Shown here: piece after piece, positions 37,746 to 48,593 of the stretch | How positions within the stretch are numbered: the first letter of the stretch is position 1 | Layout of the letters: the number at the start of each line of letters is the position of its first letter | From: an uncultured Gammaproteobacteria bacterium | GTDB taxonomy: Bacteria > Patescibacteriota > Microgenomatia > UBA10105 > UBA927 | Assembly: GCA_964553825.1 (NCBI GenBank) | Contig: CAZKLT010000002.1 | Location: forward strand, 2,068-66,067 | Length of the DNA stretch: 64,000 bases | Direction of reading: 5' to 3' | Notes under the pieces: generated by a model | Told to the model about the DNA's origin: nothing | Database searches by the model: none | What the model saw: the letters and a program-made list of their open reading frames with translations, nothing else | Position numbers and translations under genes: made by a program

Positions 37746-39785
37746 CTAACTAAGCACGAGGGGTGGCTCAAATGGCGACTTTTCCAGGTGAGATTTGATC
37801 TGTTCCGGAAGCGGATTAATCGTTTTTGCATCACTAAGTTTACCCATTGAGTCGGGATAACCGGGATTCGGCAACATAGGATAGACATCCTGCAGCTGTG
37901 ACGGCGGAAATTTCTCCATATTCTGCCGCATAATATCCTGTTCTTCTGTATTTGTGATTCCCAAATCCGTGCAAATGCGTCTCCAGGCATCTGTAAAATT
38001 TTCTTCCATATGTGCTCTGTCTTCGTCACTATAGCGATACACTTCCCCTTTGGATGGTGTCCCGTCAGGTGTCATCTTAACGCGCATGTTTGCCCGAACA
38101 CGTTCAAACTCACGCTCCATTGCTCTATACCGTCGATGGAGTCTGGTAGCTAACTCGACTCCCGATGTTCCGTATTCCGCCTGCATGAGCTTTGCATATC
38201 CTGCTTCATATATTTTGTTGAATCCGGCACCACTTATCGCTTTCATGAACGTGGTAATTTCATCCTGAGGCACATTTGCCTTTACGAGCGCTTTCTTTGC
38301 AGCCATTCTCATGCGCTCATTTTGAATCTTATCAAACGCACCTAGTCCTTCCTCACCTTTTACGAGCTCCCGGTAGAGCTTCTGTGCCTGGAGCATATTG
38401 TAGAGGATAGTATTGCCGATAAATTCCATGAAAAGCGCATTCTGAGCAAATGGCGAATTGAGTAAAACCTTCACGTTTGATCGGTATTCATACATTGCAC
38501 GGCACCAGGTCGAAAGATCATAGTTCGGCAGTGGGGTCGGACTAAACGCAACGCTCATATCATCTTTTGGTGCGATGAGAACCCGAATGGTAGAGCGATA
38601 GACCTTTTCCTTGCGGATAACCGCATACTCACCAGGAATAATCATTTCCCATATGTCCGTCAAGTTAAAAAGCGAATCCCACGCGACCATGCGCTCCCGA
38701 TCGATGTCGACATCTCCCATAGACCACTGTCGCTCGGGGACTATCGCTTGCTCAATAAGATCCCAATGCGCCGATTCAAGGCTTCTGCCAAATCCAAATG
38801 TGCCAAACACATCCCCGTTTTCCCATTTCCCGGCGTTAACTTTCTGCTTCACAATCTCCTGCTGTTGCATGCGCAATATGCGATACCGATCAAGTCCGGA
38901 AAGAGAAAGTTGATCAACCGTACCTTTTTTATAGTGACCATACAGTATTTCATCGTCAAGTCCGGCTGCGTTTACTTTTCCTGTACCTGCAAGCCGGAAC
39001 TGGAAATCATCAAGCTGATCATGGACAGCTATACCCGCAGATAACACACGTACAAGCTCTTCTGTCAGCCGGTCGGACAGGTGCCCTGCCCGTTTGATAT
39101 AAGGTTTAAGTACATGGACGAGAAATGCCGCAGCTTCCTTGTGATCATCTTTCGGATCAAAATTTTTGAGCGTCGGGTCATCCGGGAACCGCTCTTTCTG
39201 CTGTTCCCACAAATTCTGCATAATATCATGGAAAATGGGTTTCATTGCCGCAGCAACCACCAAAGTGAGGGATGGATCCCGTTCATCGGCTCCCACAAGG
39301 ATCGCATTCATTTTCTGGATAGCCTCCACGGAACGCGTGTGATTGTCGGCATGCGGAAGCTCCTGATTGCGAAGTGCGACCCTGGCCCAGTTGCCAAACT
39401 CATCAGGGTCATCACTTTGGGCGTGGGTGAAATGAATAAGCGTCTCATTTGCAATGCGGGAACCAAAGTTAAGCGCTACCAATATTTCTAATGTATGAAT
39501 CTTCCGCTCGGTAATACCATCGGGTTGCATTCCGTTTTCGACAAGTTTCCCCTCGATCTCCTCCCACAGGTAGCTGTAGCGCTCATCCAGATCTATGCGT
39601 GCATTTGCCCAAAGCTCATTACTCTGATAGAGGTCGGTAAACGAATCGATTTCATCCGGAAGCCACTGTCCTTCCCGTGCCAATACAGGCTGTTTTCTAA
39701 AATCTAATCGTGGCTTTTCAGAGCGCATCCGGAAAAAAACGGATGTTTCCTGTACTGCCTTATCTGGGTCAACTTCTACGTTCAT
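37746..39785 (-). CDS. Large hypothetical protein with probable HD-domain motifs
   Basis: 679 aa; HADNHT, FHDIMQ, DHKEAA and IAVHD spacing typical of HD hydrolases. Confidence 0.55.
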   Translation of the reverse strand: MNVEVDPDKAVQETSVFFRMRSEKPRLDFRKQPVLAREGQWLPDEIDSFTDLYQSNELWANARIDLDERYSYLWEEIEGKLVENGMQPDGITERKIHTLEILVALNFGSRIANETLIHFTHAQSDDPDEFGNWARVALRNQELPHADNHTRSVEAIQKMNAILVGADERDPSLTLVVAAAMKPIFHDIMQNLWEQQKERFPDDPTLKNFDPKDDHKEAAAFLVHVLKPYIKRAGHLSDRLTEELVRVLSAGIAVHDQLDDFQFRLAGTGKVNAAGLDDEILYGHYKKGTVDQLSLSGLDRYRILRMQQQEIVKQKVNAGKWENGDVFGTFGFGRSLESAHWDLIEQAIVPERQWSMGDVDIDRERMVAWDSLFNLTDIWEMIIPGEYAVIRKEKVYRSTIRVLIAPKDDMSVAFSPTPLPNYDLSTWCRAMYEYRSNVKVLLNSPFAQNALFMEFIGNTILYNMLQAQKLYRELVKGEEGLGAFDKIQNERMRMAAKKALVKANVPQDEITTFMKAISGAGFNKIYEAGYAKLMQAEYGTSGVELATRLHRRYRAMEREFERVRANMRVKMTPDGTPSKGEVYRYSDEDRAHMEENFTDAWRRICTDLGITNTEEQDIMRQNMEKFPPSQLQDVYPMLPNPGYPDSMGKLSDAKTINPLPEQIKSHLEKSPFEPPLVLS

Positions 39786-39853
39786 AGGACTCTTTCATAC
39801 CTCTATTATGTGAAATATACTATCAGATTTTCTGTCGTATTTCCTGAAAAACG

Positions 39854-40639
39854 TCACCCTTCCATCCGGGCAAGCGCTCCCGTTTCCTGCGCTTTCCTAA
39901 ATTGCCAGAGGAGAAGCGCATACCCGCCCAAAAACCAGACCATGTTTACGAGAGTCCCCTGCCCAACCATCCACCAATCCATAACACCCGTTGCCATATG
40001 GGTACGGATCGCCTCAAAGATGTAGCCCGTAGGGAACAACAGCGGCAAGAATTGAATTTGTGGCGGCAATGTTGAGAGCGGATAGAAAACGCCCCCAAAA
40101 GGTTGAACGAGAAACACGAGTGCCCAAGACATGGACTGGACTTGCTGGCCATAGCGGAAAATGAGACTCAAGACAGCCATCCCGACTGCCCATCCAAAAA
40201 TAAGCAGTTCAATACTATAAAGGACAAGGCTCCACCCAAGCGGCATAAGCGTGAATCCGTAAATAAGCCATGCCACAAACAGGGTAACCGCAAATGAGAC
40301 GGCCGATTTCACGATTGATGAAAGCATCTGTCCGAAAAGAAACTCTGCAAGTGACAAGGGTGCGATAAACAAGCTGCTGAAGCTTCTTGACCAAATTTCC
40401 CACATGACACCCACCGTCACACCGTACTGGGCACCCCAGATAAAATTCCATAAGACAACTCCGATGAGCATTGCCGTAGCGAGAGCCTGCTGCCCCGAAT
40501 CAATCATCCCTTTGGCTATGAATGCAAAAAGAATAACCTGCAGTGTGGAATTCCAGAACATGTCCACCCAGGTTTCCATGCTGTGGAGAAAGTGGTACCA
40601 GGTATGTAACAAAACGGTTTTAATACGATTACTGCTCAT
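39854..40639 (-). CDS. ABC-2 type transporter permease
   Basis: Six TM helices; EIWSRSFSSLFIAP and GVFYP motifs. Confidence 0.9.
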   Translation of the reverse strand: MSSNRIKTVLLHTWYHFLHSMETWVDMFWNSTLQVILFAFIAKGMIDSGQQALATAMLIGVVLWNFIWGAQYGVTVGVMWEIWSRSFSSLFIAPLSLAEFLFGQMLSSIVKSAVSFAVTLFVAWLIYGFTLMPLGWSLVLYSIELLIFGWAVGMAVLSLIFRYGQQVQSMSWALVFLVQPFGGVFYPLSTLPPQIQFLPLLFPTGYIFEAIRTHMATGVMDWWMVGQGTLVNMVWFLGGYALLLWQFRKAQETGALARMEG

Positions 40640-41555
40640 AATTTCCTTTCGCCACGGAGAGAAACACGTCTTCCAGGGTCGGTTTCTGAATATCAATATC
40701 CGTCAGCCACACGTTGCGCTCACTCAATCCAAAAAGCGTCTTGGGCACTTCGCGATCGGGCAGCGTTATGGATACAACATGTGCCCGGAGAAATTCAAAC
40801 GTATGCTTTTGGCTTTTCAGATACGAGGAGACGACGCTTTGCGGACCATCAAATGTCAGTGTAAGCGTCGTTGTTCCAATCTTTTTTGTGAACCCAAGCG
40901 GTGTATCGATCGCAACAATGTTCCCATGATCAAGAAACATAACCCGGTCACAGAGCTCTTCTACTTCTGCCATATCATGGCTCGTTATGAGGATCGTCGT
41001 TTTTTCTTTCTTTTGCAGTTCAAGAATCAATTCAAGAACCTTACGGGCAATGTCAGGATCCAGGCTTGCAGTCGGCTCATCCATAAGAAGCAGGCGTGGA
41101 CGGTTGAGAAGCGCCTTGGCAAGCACCACGCGTGTCTTCTGACCGCTTGAGAGCGTCCAGAACAGCGAATTCACCGTTTCTTCGATCTCCAGTGTTGCCA
41201 GAAGCTCCGCGATGCGTTTTTTCGCATCCGGGACCTCATAAAGGCCAGCAAAGATATGAAAATTCTCCATCACGGTCAACCGGCCTTGAATCTGGGAATA
41301 CGCGGAAGCAAAATTTATTCGTGAGAGTATATACTCACGATTTTTAAGAAATTCACGGCCAAAATAGCGGACACTCCCGCTTGTCGGTGTCGTTAACCCC
41401 AGAAGAATCTGCATCGTTGTTGTTTTTCCGGCGCCGTTGGGGCCCAATAATCCCACGATCTCCCCTTCTTTCACGGAAAAAGAAATTGCATTCACAGCCC
41501 GAAAGGGGCCATACATTTTTGTCAGATTGGTAACCTCCAACACTACATCTGCCAT
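40629..41555 (-). CDS. ABC transporter ATP-binding protein
   Basis: GPNGAGKT, LSSGQ, LMDEPT and SH motifs. Confidence 0.95.
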   Translation of the reverse strand: MADVVLEVTNLTKMYGPFRAVNAISFSVKEGEIVGLLGPNGAGKTTTMQILLGLTTPTSGSVRYFGREFLKNREYILSRINFASAYSQIQGRLTVMENFHIFAGLYEVPDAKKRIAELLATLEIEETVNSLFWTLSSGQKTRVVLAKALLNRPRLLLMDEPTASLDPDIARKVLELILELQKKEKTTILITSHDMAEVEELCDRVMFLDHGNIVAIDTPLGFTKKIGTTTLTLTFDGPQSVVSSYLKSQKHTFEFLRAHVVSITLPDREVPKTLFGLSERNVWLTDIDIQKPTLEDVFLSVAKGNYEQ

Positions 41556-41598
41556 GAGAGGATTATAGCAAGAAAGCGGACTCGTGGCCTGGTGGAGT

Positions 41599-41811
41599 CT
41601 ATTTGCCTGGAGATCGTTCCTCTGGCTGATGAAGAAAATACGTCCGATTGTTATCGAGTTCTCGTATTCGCACGGGTAAAGCATGGTTTACCGGTGGGCC
41701 CAACACTTCGGCTTCAACATTCCTTGTGAGGATCTGAAAATCGTCATCCTCATGCATACTGAGGTTTATCATCGTCCCCGCAGTAATAGTAATACGCTCA
41801 GGACCTGCCAT
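41599..41811 (-). CDS. Small hypothetical protein
   Basis: 70-aa ORF overlapping the end of the GT4 gene, collinear with the operon. Confidence 0.45.
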   Translation of the reverse strand: MAGPERITITAGTMINLSMHEDDDFQILTRNVEAEVLGPPVNHALPVRIRELDNNRTYFLHQPEERSPGK

Positions 41812-42916
41812 GTCGCTTTTCCTTCCATTTCCCGTCTACAAACAAGGATATTTGTTTCTGAAATCGGTCTTTATTAAATTGCGCTGCATGCGCGACACAT
41901 ACCGTTGACCAATCTTTTTTGCTTTTCCCAAACCGTGAGAGCGCGTCTATAAGGCTTGCCGTTGTAGGCTCTGAGAAGAGTATACCTGTCTTTCCATCAA
42001 GCACCGTCTCAAGCGTTCCTCCCTGCCCCAGGGCGATAACAGGCACTCCATGCCCCATGGCCTCAACCGGAACGATACCAAAGTCCTCGTCCAGCGCACA
42101 AAAAATAAATCCCTTTGCCCCCGCATACAGGCGATCCAATTCTTCATCGGATACGCCTCCGACAAACTCAATCGTTGGTCCTGCAATGGAGCGTAAATAC
42201 TGTTCTTCTTTCCCTTTTCCAACAATTTTCAGGGGAACCTTCAAGGTGTTACACGCCTCAATGATCACATCCAGCCGTTTTGCATACGTTAATCGTCCAA
42301 CAGAAAGAAAATAGGCGCGATCACCCTTCCCTACGGCTTTTCCGGGTACATTAACCGGCGGGTAGATAACCGTAGCATCCCGACGATAGAACTTGGCAAC
42401 ACGACGGGCAGTTTCCTTTGAATTTGCTACAAAATAATCAACAGCCTGTGCTGTTGTAAAGTCATACTGCCGGAGAAAGAAATTGACTACCGCAGCATAC
42501 ATGCGTACGGGCCAGTATTTCTGGAGATCACTTCCCGTTGCGTATCCATAGAGATTTCTTGGCGGATGATGTATATAGCAAATATGCGTCGCCGATTTAG
42601 AGACCCGTACGCCACGGCACATGAACCACCCACTACTCGATATGACGACGTCGTACGATGAAAGGTCGAAACTTTCCCACACCTGGGGCGCCAGAAACCG
42701 AAGCGGCGAATGAAGCTTCTTAACAAGCCAATACTGCTGCATCCAACTGGGTCGGATGTCCCACCCTTTAAAACGCTGCGCGTGGACACCCATCGTTTTC
42801 CAGTCAACAAACGATGTGTAGACCGGTGCGTGCGGCCAGATTTCATGCATTGCCTCCACCACCCGCTCGGCGCCGCCGTACTCCCGTAAAAAATCATGAA
42901 CGATCGCAACTTTCAT
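41798..42916 (-). CDS. Glycosyltransferase family 4
   Basis: GGAERV and EDFGIVPVEAM motifs. Confidence 0.93.
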   Translation of the reverse strand: MKVAIVHDFLREYGGAERVVEAMHEIWPHAPVYTSFVDWKTMGVHAQRFKGWDIRPSWMQQYWLVKKLHSPLRFLAPQVWESFDLSSYDVVISSSGWFMCRGVRVSKSATHICYIHHPPRNLYGYATGSDLQKYWPVRMYAAVVNFFLRQYDFTTAQAVDYFVANSKETARRVAKFYRRDATVIYPPVNVPGKAVGKGDRAYFLSVGRLTYAKRLDVIIEACNTLKVPLKIVGKGKEEQYLRSIAGPTIEFVGGVSDEELDRLYAGAKGFIFCALDEDFGIVPVEAMGHGVPVIALGQGGTLETVLDGKTGILFSEPTTASLIDALSRFGKSKKDWSTVCVAHAAQFNKDRFQKQISLFVDGKWKEKRHGRS

Positions 42917-42984
42917 ACGTTTTTTGTATTTGTCCTCCCTGATTCGAAAGATGCCTAAAAAATAATACCCGCTCCCCCACTATA

Positions 42985-43935
42985 TTAAAATAACTGTTGC
43001 TGTTCAGACGCAGTCTTTTTCTTTTCATTTGGTTTTTCGTGCGGCTTTTCCTCTCCGCCAATTTTTTTCAGAAGTGAGTGAAAATGGAGATTTCCCAAAA
43101 ACTCGCGGGCCGCAGGACTATCAAATGTGGCTGTCGCAACGAGATTACCCTCAATGGGCACATCCCGTCGTATGGCAGCCAGCGTATAAGAGAGCCTTGC
43201 GTCTTTCTCTCCGGATATCAGCTTCGTCAAAACTGCCCCTGTTGTGTGTATCTTTTTCTTTTGCACCGCATCGTAGATTCCCTGGAGCGAGCCGTATTGT
43301 GCCAGCAGCTGCACAGCCGTTTTGGGACCGATACCCGCCACGCCCGGATAATTATCGGAGGCATCCCCGGCCAATGCCTTAAAATCCACTATCGATCGCG
43401 GAGAGATGCCCATACGCTCTTTCACTTCTTTTTCACCGTAGAGCTTTCCTTCAGACAATCCTTTGGTGGGCATATACACGAGCACTTTTTCGCCTTCGAC
43501 AAGCTGGAGAATATCGCGATCACCGGTGACAATAATGACCTGATCGATTTTTTCGTCAACACGTTTCGATTTGAGCACACGGGTTGCAAGCGTACCGATA
43601 ACATCGTCCGCTTCGAAGCCATCCTTCTCAAAAATGGGAATCCCCAAAACCGCAACTAGCCTATGCACACGGTCAATTTGACCCGCAAGTTCATCGTCCA
43701 TCTTTGGCCGCTTTGCCTGATACCCCTCATATAGCGCCTTTCTGAATGTCGGCTTGGGCCGGTCAAATGCTACTGCCATATGCGACGGCTTCAAATTCTC
43801 AAATAACTTAAAAACGATCGTCGCAAAACCATACACAGCATTTACAAGACTTCCATCAGGAGCGGTAAGCGGAGGGAGTGCGTGGTACGCGCGATGAAGA
43901 ATGGCGTTGCCATCAATAAGCACGAGGCGGTTCAT
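42985..43935 (-). CDS. Stand-alone 5'-3' exonuclease/flap endonuclease (PolI N-terminal domain)
   Basis: LIDGNAILHRAYH, EADDVIGT, TGDRD and GDASDNYPGV motifs; no polymerase domain. Confidence 0.92.
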   Translation of the reverse strand: MNRLVLIDGNAILHRAYHALPPLTAPDGSLVNAVYGFATIVFKLFENLKPSHMAVAFDRPKPTFRKALYEGYQAKRPKMDDELAGQIDRVHRLVAVLGIPIFEKDGFEADDVIGTLATRVLKSKRVDEKIDQVIIVTGDRDILQLVEGEKVLVYMPTKGLSEGKLYGEKEVKERMGISPRSIVDFKALAGDASDNYPGVAGIGPKTAVQLLAQYGSLQGIYDAVQKKKIHTTGAVLTKLISGEKDARLSYTLAAIRRDVPIEGNLVATATFDSPAAREFLGNLHFHSLLKKIGGEEKPHEKPNEKKKTASEQQQLF

Positions 43936-43938
43936 GGA

Positions 43939-45843
43939 TTAATGAATTTTCTTTTTGGGCCCCCCCATCAGAGCCTCAAATTCTTCGCTTTCCAGGGTTT
44001 CTTTTTTCACGAGCTCAGCTGCGATGATATCCAGATGCTTTTTGTGTTTCTTGAGAAGGTCAACCGCCTTTTTATATCCCTCATCAAGAAATCGCTTTAC
44101 TTCCCGATCGATTGCTGACTGCATCTCCTGCGAAATAGCATTCTGCTCCATAAGACTCTTCCCCCACTCCGTTACATCCCGGTCCGGACCAAAGTTTATC
44201 GGACCCAAATCGCTCATCCCAAATTCCATAACCATATACCTGGCAATGCGCGTCGCCTGATCGATATCATTGGAAGCGCCGCTGGTCATTTCATTGAAAA
44301 TGAGCTGTTCCGCCGCTCGTCCACCCATAGTCATGGCTATCTCATCGATAAGCCGTGACTTGGTCTCATGGAGTCGGTCTTTTTCCGGCGGTGAGAGTGT
44401 ATATCCAAGCGCCATACCCCGAGAAACGATCGAAATTCGGTGAACAATATCCAGATTCGGGCTATAGTAGGACACGACTGCGTGTCCTGCCTCATGATAC
44501 GCAGTCATTTTCCGGTCAAGATCGCTTTGCAGGCGCTTCTTTTCGGGACCCAGCTTCACTTTCGTTGCCGCTTCTTCCAGATCTTTCATGTCGATTTCTT
44601 TCTTGTTTTCCCGAGCTGCATGGATGGCTGCCTCATTGAGCATATTTTCAAGATCAGCTCCGGAAAATCCCACGGTCCGCTTGGCTGCCTTATCCCAATC
44701 AACAGACGCCGTAAACGGTTTTCCCTTAGCATGAATCGAAAGAATCGCCTTACGCCCAGCCATGTCTGGCAGATCCAGAACAACGCGCCGGTCAAAACGT
44801 CCGGGCCGCAGAAGCGCCGGATCCAGGAGGTCTCCCCGATTGGTCGCTGCCACAATCAGTACTGCGGTATTTGGCTCAAAACCATCCATTTCTACCAGAA
44901 TCTGGTTCAGTGTCTGTTCGCGCTCATCATGTCCGCCCATAATTCCGACGCTGCGCATCCGTCCGATCGCGTCCACTTCGTCGATAAAGATAATTGCCGG
45001 TGCGTTTTTCTTGGCATTGGCAAAAAGATCCCGCACGCGTGCAGCCCCGACACCGACCAACATTTCCATAAATTCGCTTCCCGCAATCGAGTAAAACGCG
45101 GTTTTGGCCTCTCCCGCCATTGCCTTGGCAAGGAGGGTTTTTCCGGTTCCGCTGGGGCCAACGAGAATAACGCCTTTTGGCGTACGGGCACCCAACAGTT
45201 TATATTTGGTCGGATTCTTCAGAAAATCGACAATCTCTTCGAGCTCTTTTTTTGCTTCATCGACACCGGCAACGTCAGCGAAGGTAATCTTGGGGAGATT
45301 CTTACTGAAAATCCTGGCCTTACTTTGTCCGAAACTAAACAGGTTATCTTGCGCTCCCCTGGCTTGCCTGAAAAGAAACAGGAAGAAAAGCACCGTCAAC
45401 ACCAACGGAAGGACATTCGTAATAATCCCCAACCAAAGTTGTCCCATGCTTACATCGCGGACTTTGATTTCTGTCTTTGACGCATCAACGCCGGCAGCCT
45501 CTAGCATCTGATAGATCGATTCCTGTGATTCTTTATGCGCAACCGCTTTCGTTCCGTCCGAATAGGTAACAAGAAGCCGCCCCTCCTCTACTTCAATCGT
45601 TTGTACTTTGGCGTCTTTAACATCATTTATGACGGCCGAAACCGCCTTTTCTGGGTATGCTGCGCTCTGGTCAGACATGCTTCCAAGGAAGGAAAAAACA
45701 AGAAAAGCGAAAAATAGCCCAAGAATAATATTCTTGAGATTTACCTCAAAACGGAACTGAAATTTTCCATTCTTCTTACCCTGTTTGCCCGATGGATGGG
45801 CCGCGGTGTGTTTCTTAATAGATGATGCATGCTTCTCTGCCAT
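43939..45843 (-). CDS. ftsH: ATP-dependent zinc metalloprotease FtsH
   Basis: Two TM helices, [11 protein letters not shown] region and HEAGH. Confidence 0.97.
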   Translation of the reverse strand: MAEKHASSIKKHTAAHPSGKQGKKNGKFQFRFEVNLKNIILGLFFAFLVFSFLGSMSDQSAAYPEKAVSAVINDVKDAKVQTIEVEEGRLLVTYSDGTKAVAHKESQESIYQMLEAAGVDASKTEIKVRDVSMGQLWLGIITNVLPLVLTVLFFLFLFRQARGAQDNLFSFGQSKARIFSKNLPKITFADVAGVDEAKKELEEIVDFLKNPTKYKLLGARTPKGVILVGPSGTGKTLLAKAMAGEAKTAFYSIAGSEFMEMLVGVGAARVRDLFANAKKNAPAIIFIDEVDAIGRMRSVGIMGGHDEREQTLNQILVEMDGFEPNTAVLIVAATNRGDLLDPALLRPGRFDRRVVLDLPDMAGRKAILSIHAKGKPFTASVDWDKAAKRTVGFSGADLENMLNEAAIHAARENKKEIDMKDLEEAATKVKLGPEKKRLQSDLDRKMTAYHEAGHAVVSYYSPNLDIVHRISIVSRGMALGYTLSPPEKDRLHETKSRLIDEIAMTMGGRAAEQLIFNEMTSGASNDIDQATRIARYMVMEFGMSDLGPINFGPDRDVTEWGKSLMEQNAISQEMQSAIDREVKRFLDEGYKKAVDLLKKHKKHLDIIAAELVKKETLESEEFEALMGGPKKKIH

Positions 45844-45893
45844 AGCGCTCGATCATGAGGACAACCGTTAACTGAAGCTCAAGTATACCACGA

Positions 45894-47753
45894 TTACCGA
45901 ATCTTTGCCCCTATAGGCATGTTTGCGGCAGTGATGAATTGTGGACGCCTATCAGCCCCGTCAACCGCAAGGATCATGCCCTGAGATTCTTCATCAAGCA
46001 TTCTTCTGGGTGCCAAATTGGTAATGAAAAAAAACTGTTTTCCGGAAAAATCTTCCGGCGTGTACCCAAAGGAGCGAACACCGGTGAAAATAATCCGATG
46101 CTTTTCTTCTCCGACATCAACAACCAGGCGAATCAGCTTTTCGCTGCCCTCTTTATTCCTTGCCTCCAGCACTTTGCCTACCGTCAAATCGAGCCGTGCG
46201 AAATCATCAATGGAAACAGTATTACCTACGATGGTTTTTTGGTATTGGAAAAAAGAATACGCCGTGGTTATCCCGATGGCTTCCCGTGCTGATGTCATCG
46301 TTTTTGCCGCGACTTCCATCGCCTTCTGCTGACCGGCTTTGAGTGTTTCTGTTACCTGCTCAGGGTGTGCCTTCAATTCCTCGTACGCTTTCCTTGCTGG
46401 GGCGAAATACCGCAAAAGCACCTCTATCAAATACTCCTTCACCGCCACATCTGACACCGCTCCTGCCCTGTATTGCTCTTTGAGCTTTGATACTTCCGCT
46501 GCGTCACCGAAAAAGTCTAGGTAGGCAAAAACCATGTTTCCTTCCACGTGTCCGGGATCAGTTGCGTGTTTACGCGTCGGATCGGTATATGTTCGCATCA
46601 CTTGTTTTCGTATCACGTCTTCTGATTCAAACAGAGCGATAAGATTGCCAAGGGACTTGCTCATTTTTCGCTTCCCGTCTGTGCCAAGGACGACCGCAAC
46701 CTCGTCAGGGATATAAGGATCAGGCAACGTAAAAACGTTTTTCTTATAAATCTTATTAAATCTTTCTGCGATATCCCGCGTAATTTCTATATGCTGTTTC
46801 TGATCCTTTCCGACCGGTACAAGCTGCGGCTGATATAGAAGAATGTCGGCCGCCATCAGCATGGGATAACTAAATAGCCCGACGTTAATATCATCTTCCA
46901 TCACATCTTTTTGCAATTTATCCTTGTAAGCATGTGCGCGCTTCAGCAGTCCCAGCGGGGTTATGTTATTGAGGATGGATTGACACTCAGTATGAAGCGG
47001 TACATCAGACTGCCGGAAAAAAATAATCTTTTCAAACTGTTGAGGCGTTAAAAATCCCTTCAGAAGCGCAAGCTCGTTGAGAATGAGTGTTTCAATATTG
47101 TGTTGTAGCTGTTTTTTATCCTGAATCGTCGTCAAGCCGTGCAAGTCCGCCACCATAAGATAGGTCTCGTTGGTTTTTGCCAGTTCGATAAACTGTCGTA
47201 CGGCACCCAGATAGTTGCCGATATGGAGAGACCCGTCACCACTGGGGGTAATACCGGAAAGAAACCGTTTTCCCGACGGTACGGTGCGCGTCTGCATATA
47301 CGCAAAATCAGCAACGGTACCTCCACTGACCGTTGGCAAATCATTCGCCTCCATAGCCATACCCACCGTTTTTTCTCCACCCGTTCCGTATACTTTTCCG
47401 ACTTCAAGCACTTTCTCGTCTATAAAATAGGCAACATCAAGCCCAAGGTAGGGCACGAGCCCAGGCACAACGCCCAACGACGCTAGATCCTCTTTGGAAG
47501 CGAACGTCAACTGGCGCACCTGAGCCGCTTTTTTTAGCCGCCGCTCGTCTATGTGCGTATCTGCGCGCTTGGTGGCTGCTATGATTCCGTTTTCCGTTTT
47601 GTACAGAATGGTTACCATCGCATTTGCCAGTTGTATTCCGTGAAACGCGGCATGCGAAGGAACGTCAGGAGCCAAATCTTCCGGTAACGGAATAAACGTA
47701 TACCCGACGTTTTTCTCTTTCAACAGTGTTTCGATGCGATCTTTCAGTTTCAT
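45894..47753 (-). CDS. trpS: Tryptophanyl-tRNA synthetase fused to an N-terminal YbaK/ProX-like domain and a C-terminal tRNA-binding OB (Trbp111/CsaA-like) domain
   Basis: HIGN, YPMLMAADIL, VPVGKDQKQH and KMSKS in the core. N-terminal LGVVPGLVPY..IDEKV; C-terminal SIDDFARLDLTVG...NLAPR..SQGMILA. Confidence 0.92.
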   Translation of the reverse strand: MKLKDRIETLLKEKNVGYTFIPLPEDLAPDVPSHAAFHGIQLANAMVTILYKTENGIIAATKRADTHIDERRLKKAAQVRQLTFASKEDLASLGVVPGLVPYLGLDVAYFIDEKVLEVGKVYGTGGEKTVGMAMEANDLPTVSGGTVADFAYMQTRTVPSGKRFLSGITPSGDGSLHIGNYLGAVRQFIELAKTNETYLMVADLHGLTTIQDKKQLQHNIETLILNELALLKGFLTPQQFEKIIFFRQSDVPLHTECQSILNNITPLGLLKRAHAYKDKLQKDVMEDDINVGLFSYPMLMAADILLYQPQLVPVGKDQKQHIEITRDIAERFNKIYKKNVFTLPDPYIPDEVAVVLGTDGKRKMSKSLGNLIALFESEDVIRKQVMRTYTDPTRKHATDPGHVEGNMVFAYLDFFGDAAEVSKLKEQYRAGAVSDVAVKEYLIEVLLRYFAPARKAYEELKAHPEQVTETLKAGQQKAMEVAAKTMTSAREAIGITTAYSFFQYQKTIVGNTVSIDDFARLDLTVGKVLEARNKEGSEKLIRLVVDVGEEKHRIIFTGVRSFGYTPEDFSGKQFFFITNLAPRRMLDEESQGMILAVDGADRRPQFITAANMPIGAKIR

Positions 47754-48451
47754 AGAACCTCCTTATAATACTGCTTTAATACGCTTTCGGCGAGTATGGA
47801 TAAACTACTGTATACCGGAAGCCTGTACGAAGAAGGAAATACCAGTGGCAGCTCTGTGCATCCAAGCACAATGCCGGAAACGGCGTTTTTCTCAACATAC
47901 CGCTCGGTGAGTTTCACCAGTTTATGCATTAACATTTCTGTGTCGTTCCCCTCGAGCGTTCCCCGGATAATGTATTCCAGCTGGGGATAATCCCGTAATT
48001 GCGGCACAACATATCGAACGTTGTAGTGGGCTAAACGCACCTGATACAAGCCAAGACGAAGCGATGTTGGCGAAGCCAGGAGGAGCACAGTATGGTTATC
48101 GGCAGCAACGCGCCGGACCACCTCGTCTACGACGGAAACAAACGGCAGATGGGTTTGCCTCTGAAGCCGATGGGCAAGAAGGCATGCCGTGTTACATGCT
48201 ATAGTAACAGTGGTTGCACCAAACTGGGTGAGTCGGCGTACCCGGTCTTCCAGGATTCCCGCGGCGGTTTCCATAGACGCCGTGTCTGAGAGAAAATCTG
48301 GCACGGGAACACTGTCGATAACCACTTCCGGAAACTCGTTGTTGTTTTTTGCGCCATAGCGCTGCTTTGCTCCTTTTATAAGCAATCGATAGAATTCCAC
48401 TGAGGCTTGGGGCCCCATGCCTCCAATAACACCGATAATATCGGTTCTCAT
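47750..48451 (-). CDS. Aspartate/glutamate racemase family protein
   Basis: IGVIGGMGP, IACNTA and LGCTELP (both catalytic Cys). Start follows the tRNA. Confidence 0.92.
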   Translation of the reverse strand: MRTDIIGVIGGMGPQASVEFYRLLIKGAKQRYGAKNNNEFPEVVIDSVPVPDFLSDTASMETAAGILEDRVRRLTQFGATTVTIACNTACLLAHRLQRQTHLPFVSVVDEVVRRVAADNHTVLLLASPTSLRLGLYQVRLAHYNVRYVVPQLRDYPQLEYIIRGTLEGNDTEMLMHKLVKLTERYVEKNAVSGIVLGCTELPLVFPSSYRLPVYSSLSILAESVLKQYYKEVL

Positions 48452-48454
48452 AGG

Positions 48455-48526
48455 CGGGTGAGGCAGGCTTTGAACCTGCGTTCTTGGTTTTGGAGACCAA
48501 GGTCCTTCCAACTGAACGACTCACCC
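48455..48526 (-). tRNA. tRNA-Trp (CCA)
   Basis: GGGTGAG/CTCACCC acceptor, TTGGT-CTCCAAA-ACCAA anticodon arm, GCAGG-TTCAAAG-CCTGC T arm, G73. The 3' CCA is not encoded. Confidence 0.92.
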
Positions 48527-48593
48527 AAAAGGAAGAGAAGGATACGATGCAGTGTGAACCTGACGGCTCAAGTGATTCTCTCTTCCATGGAGG

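Noticed and set aside
44440-45480. 346-aa plus-strand ORF and the many other shadow ORFs
   Set aside because: They are antisense to well-supported genes such as ftsH and have no motifs.
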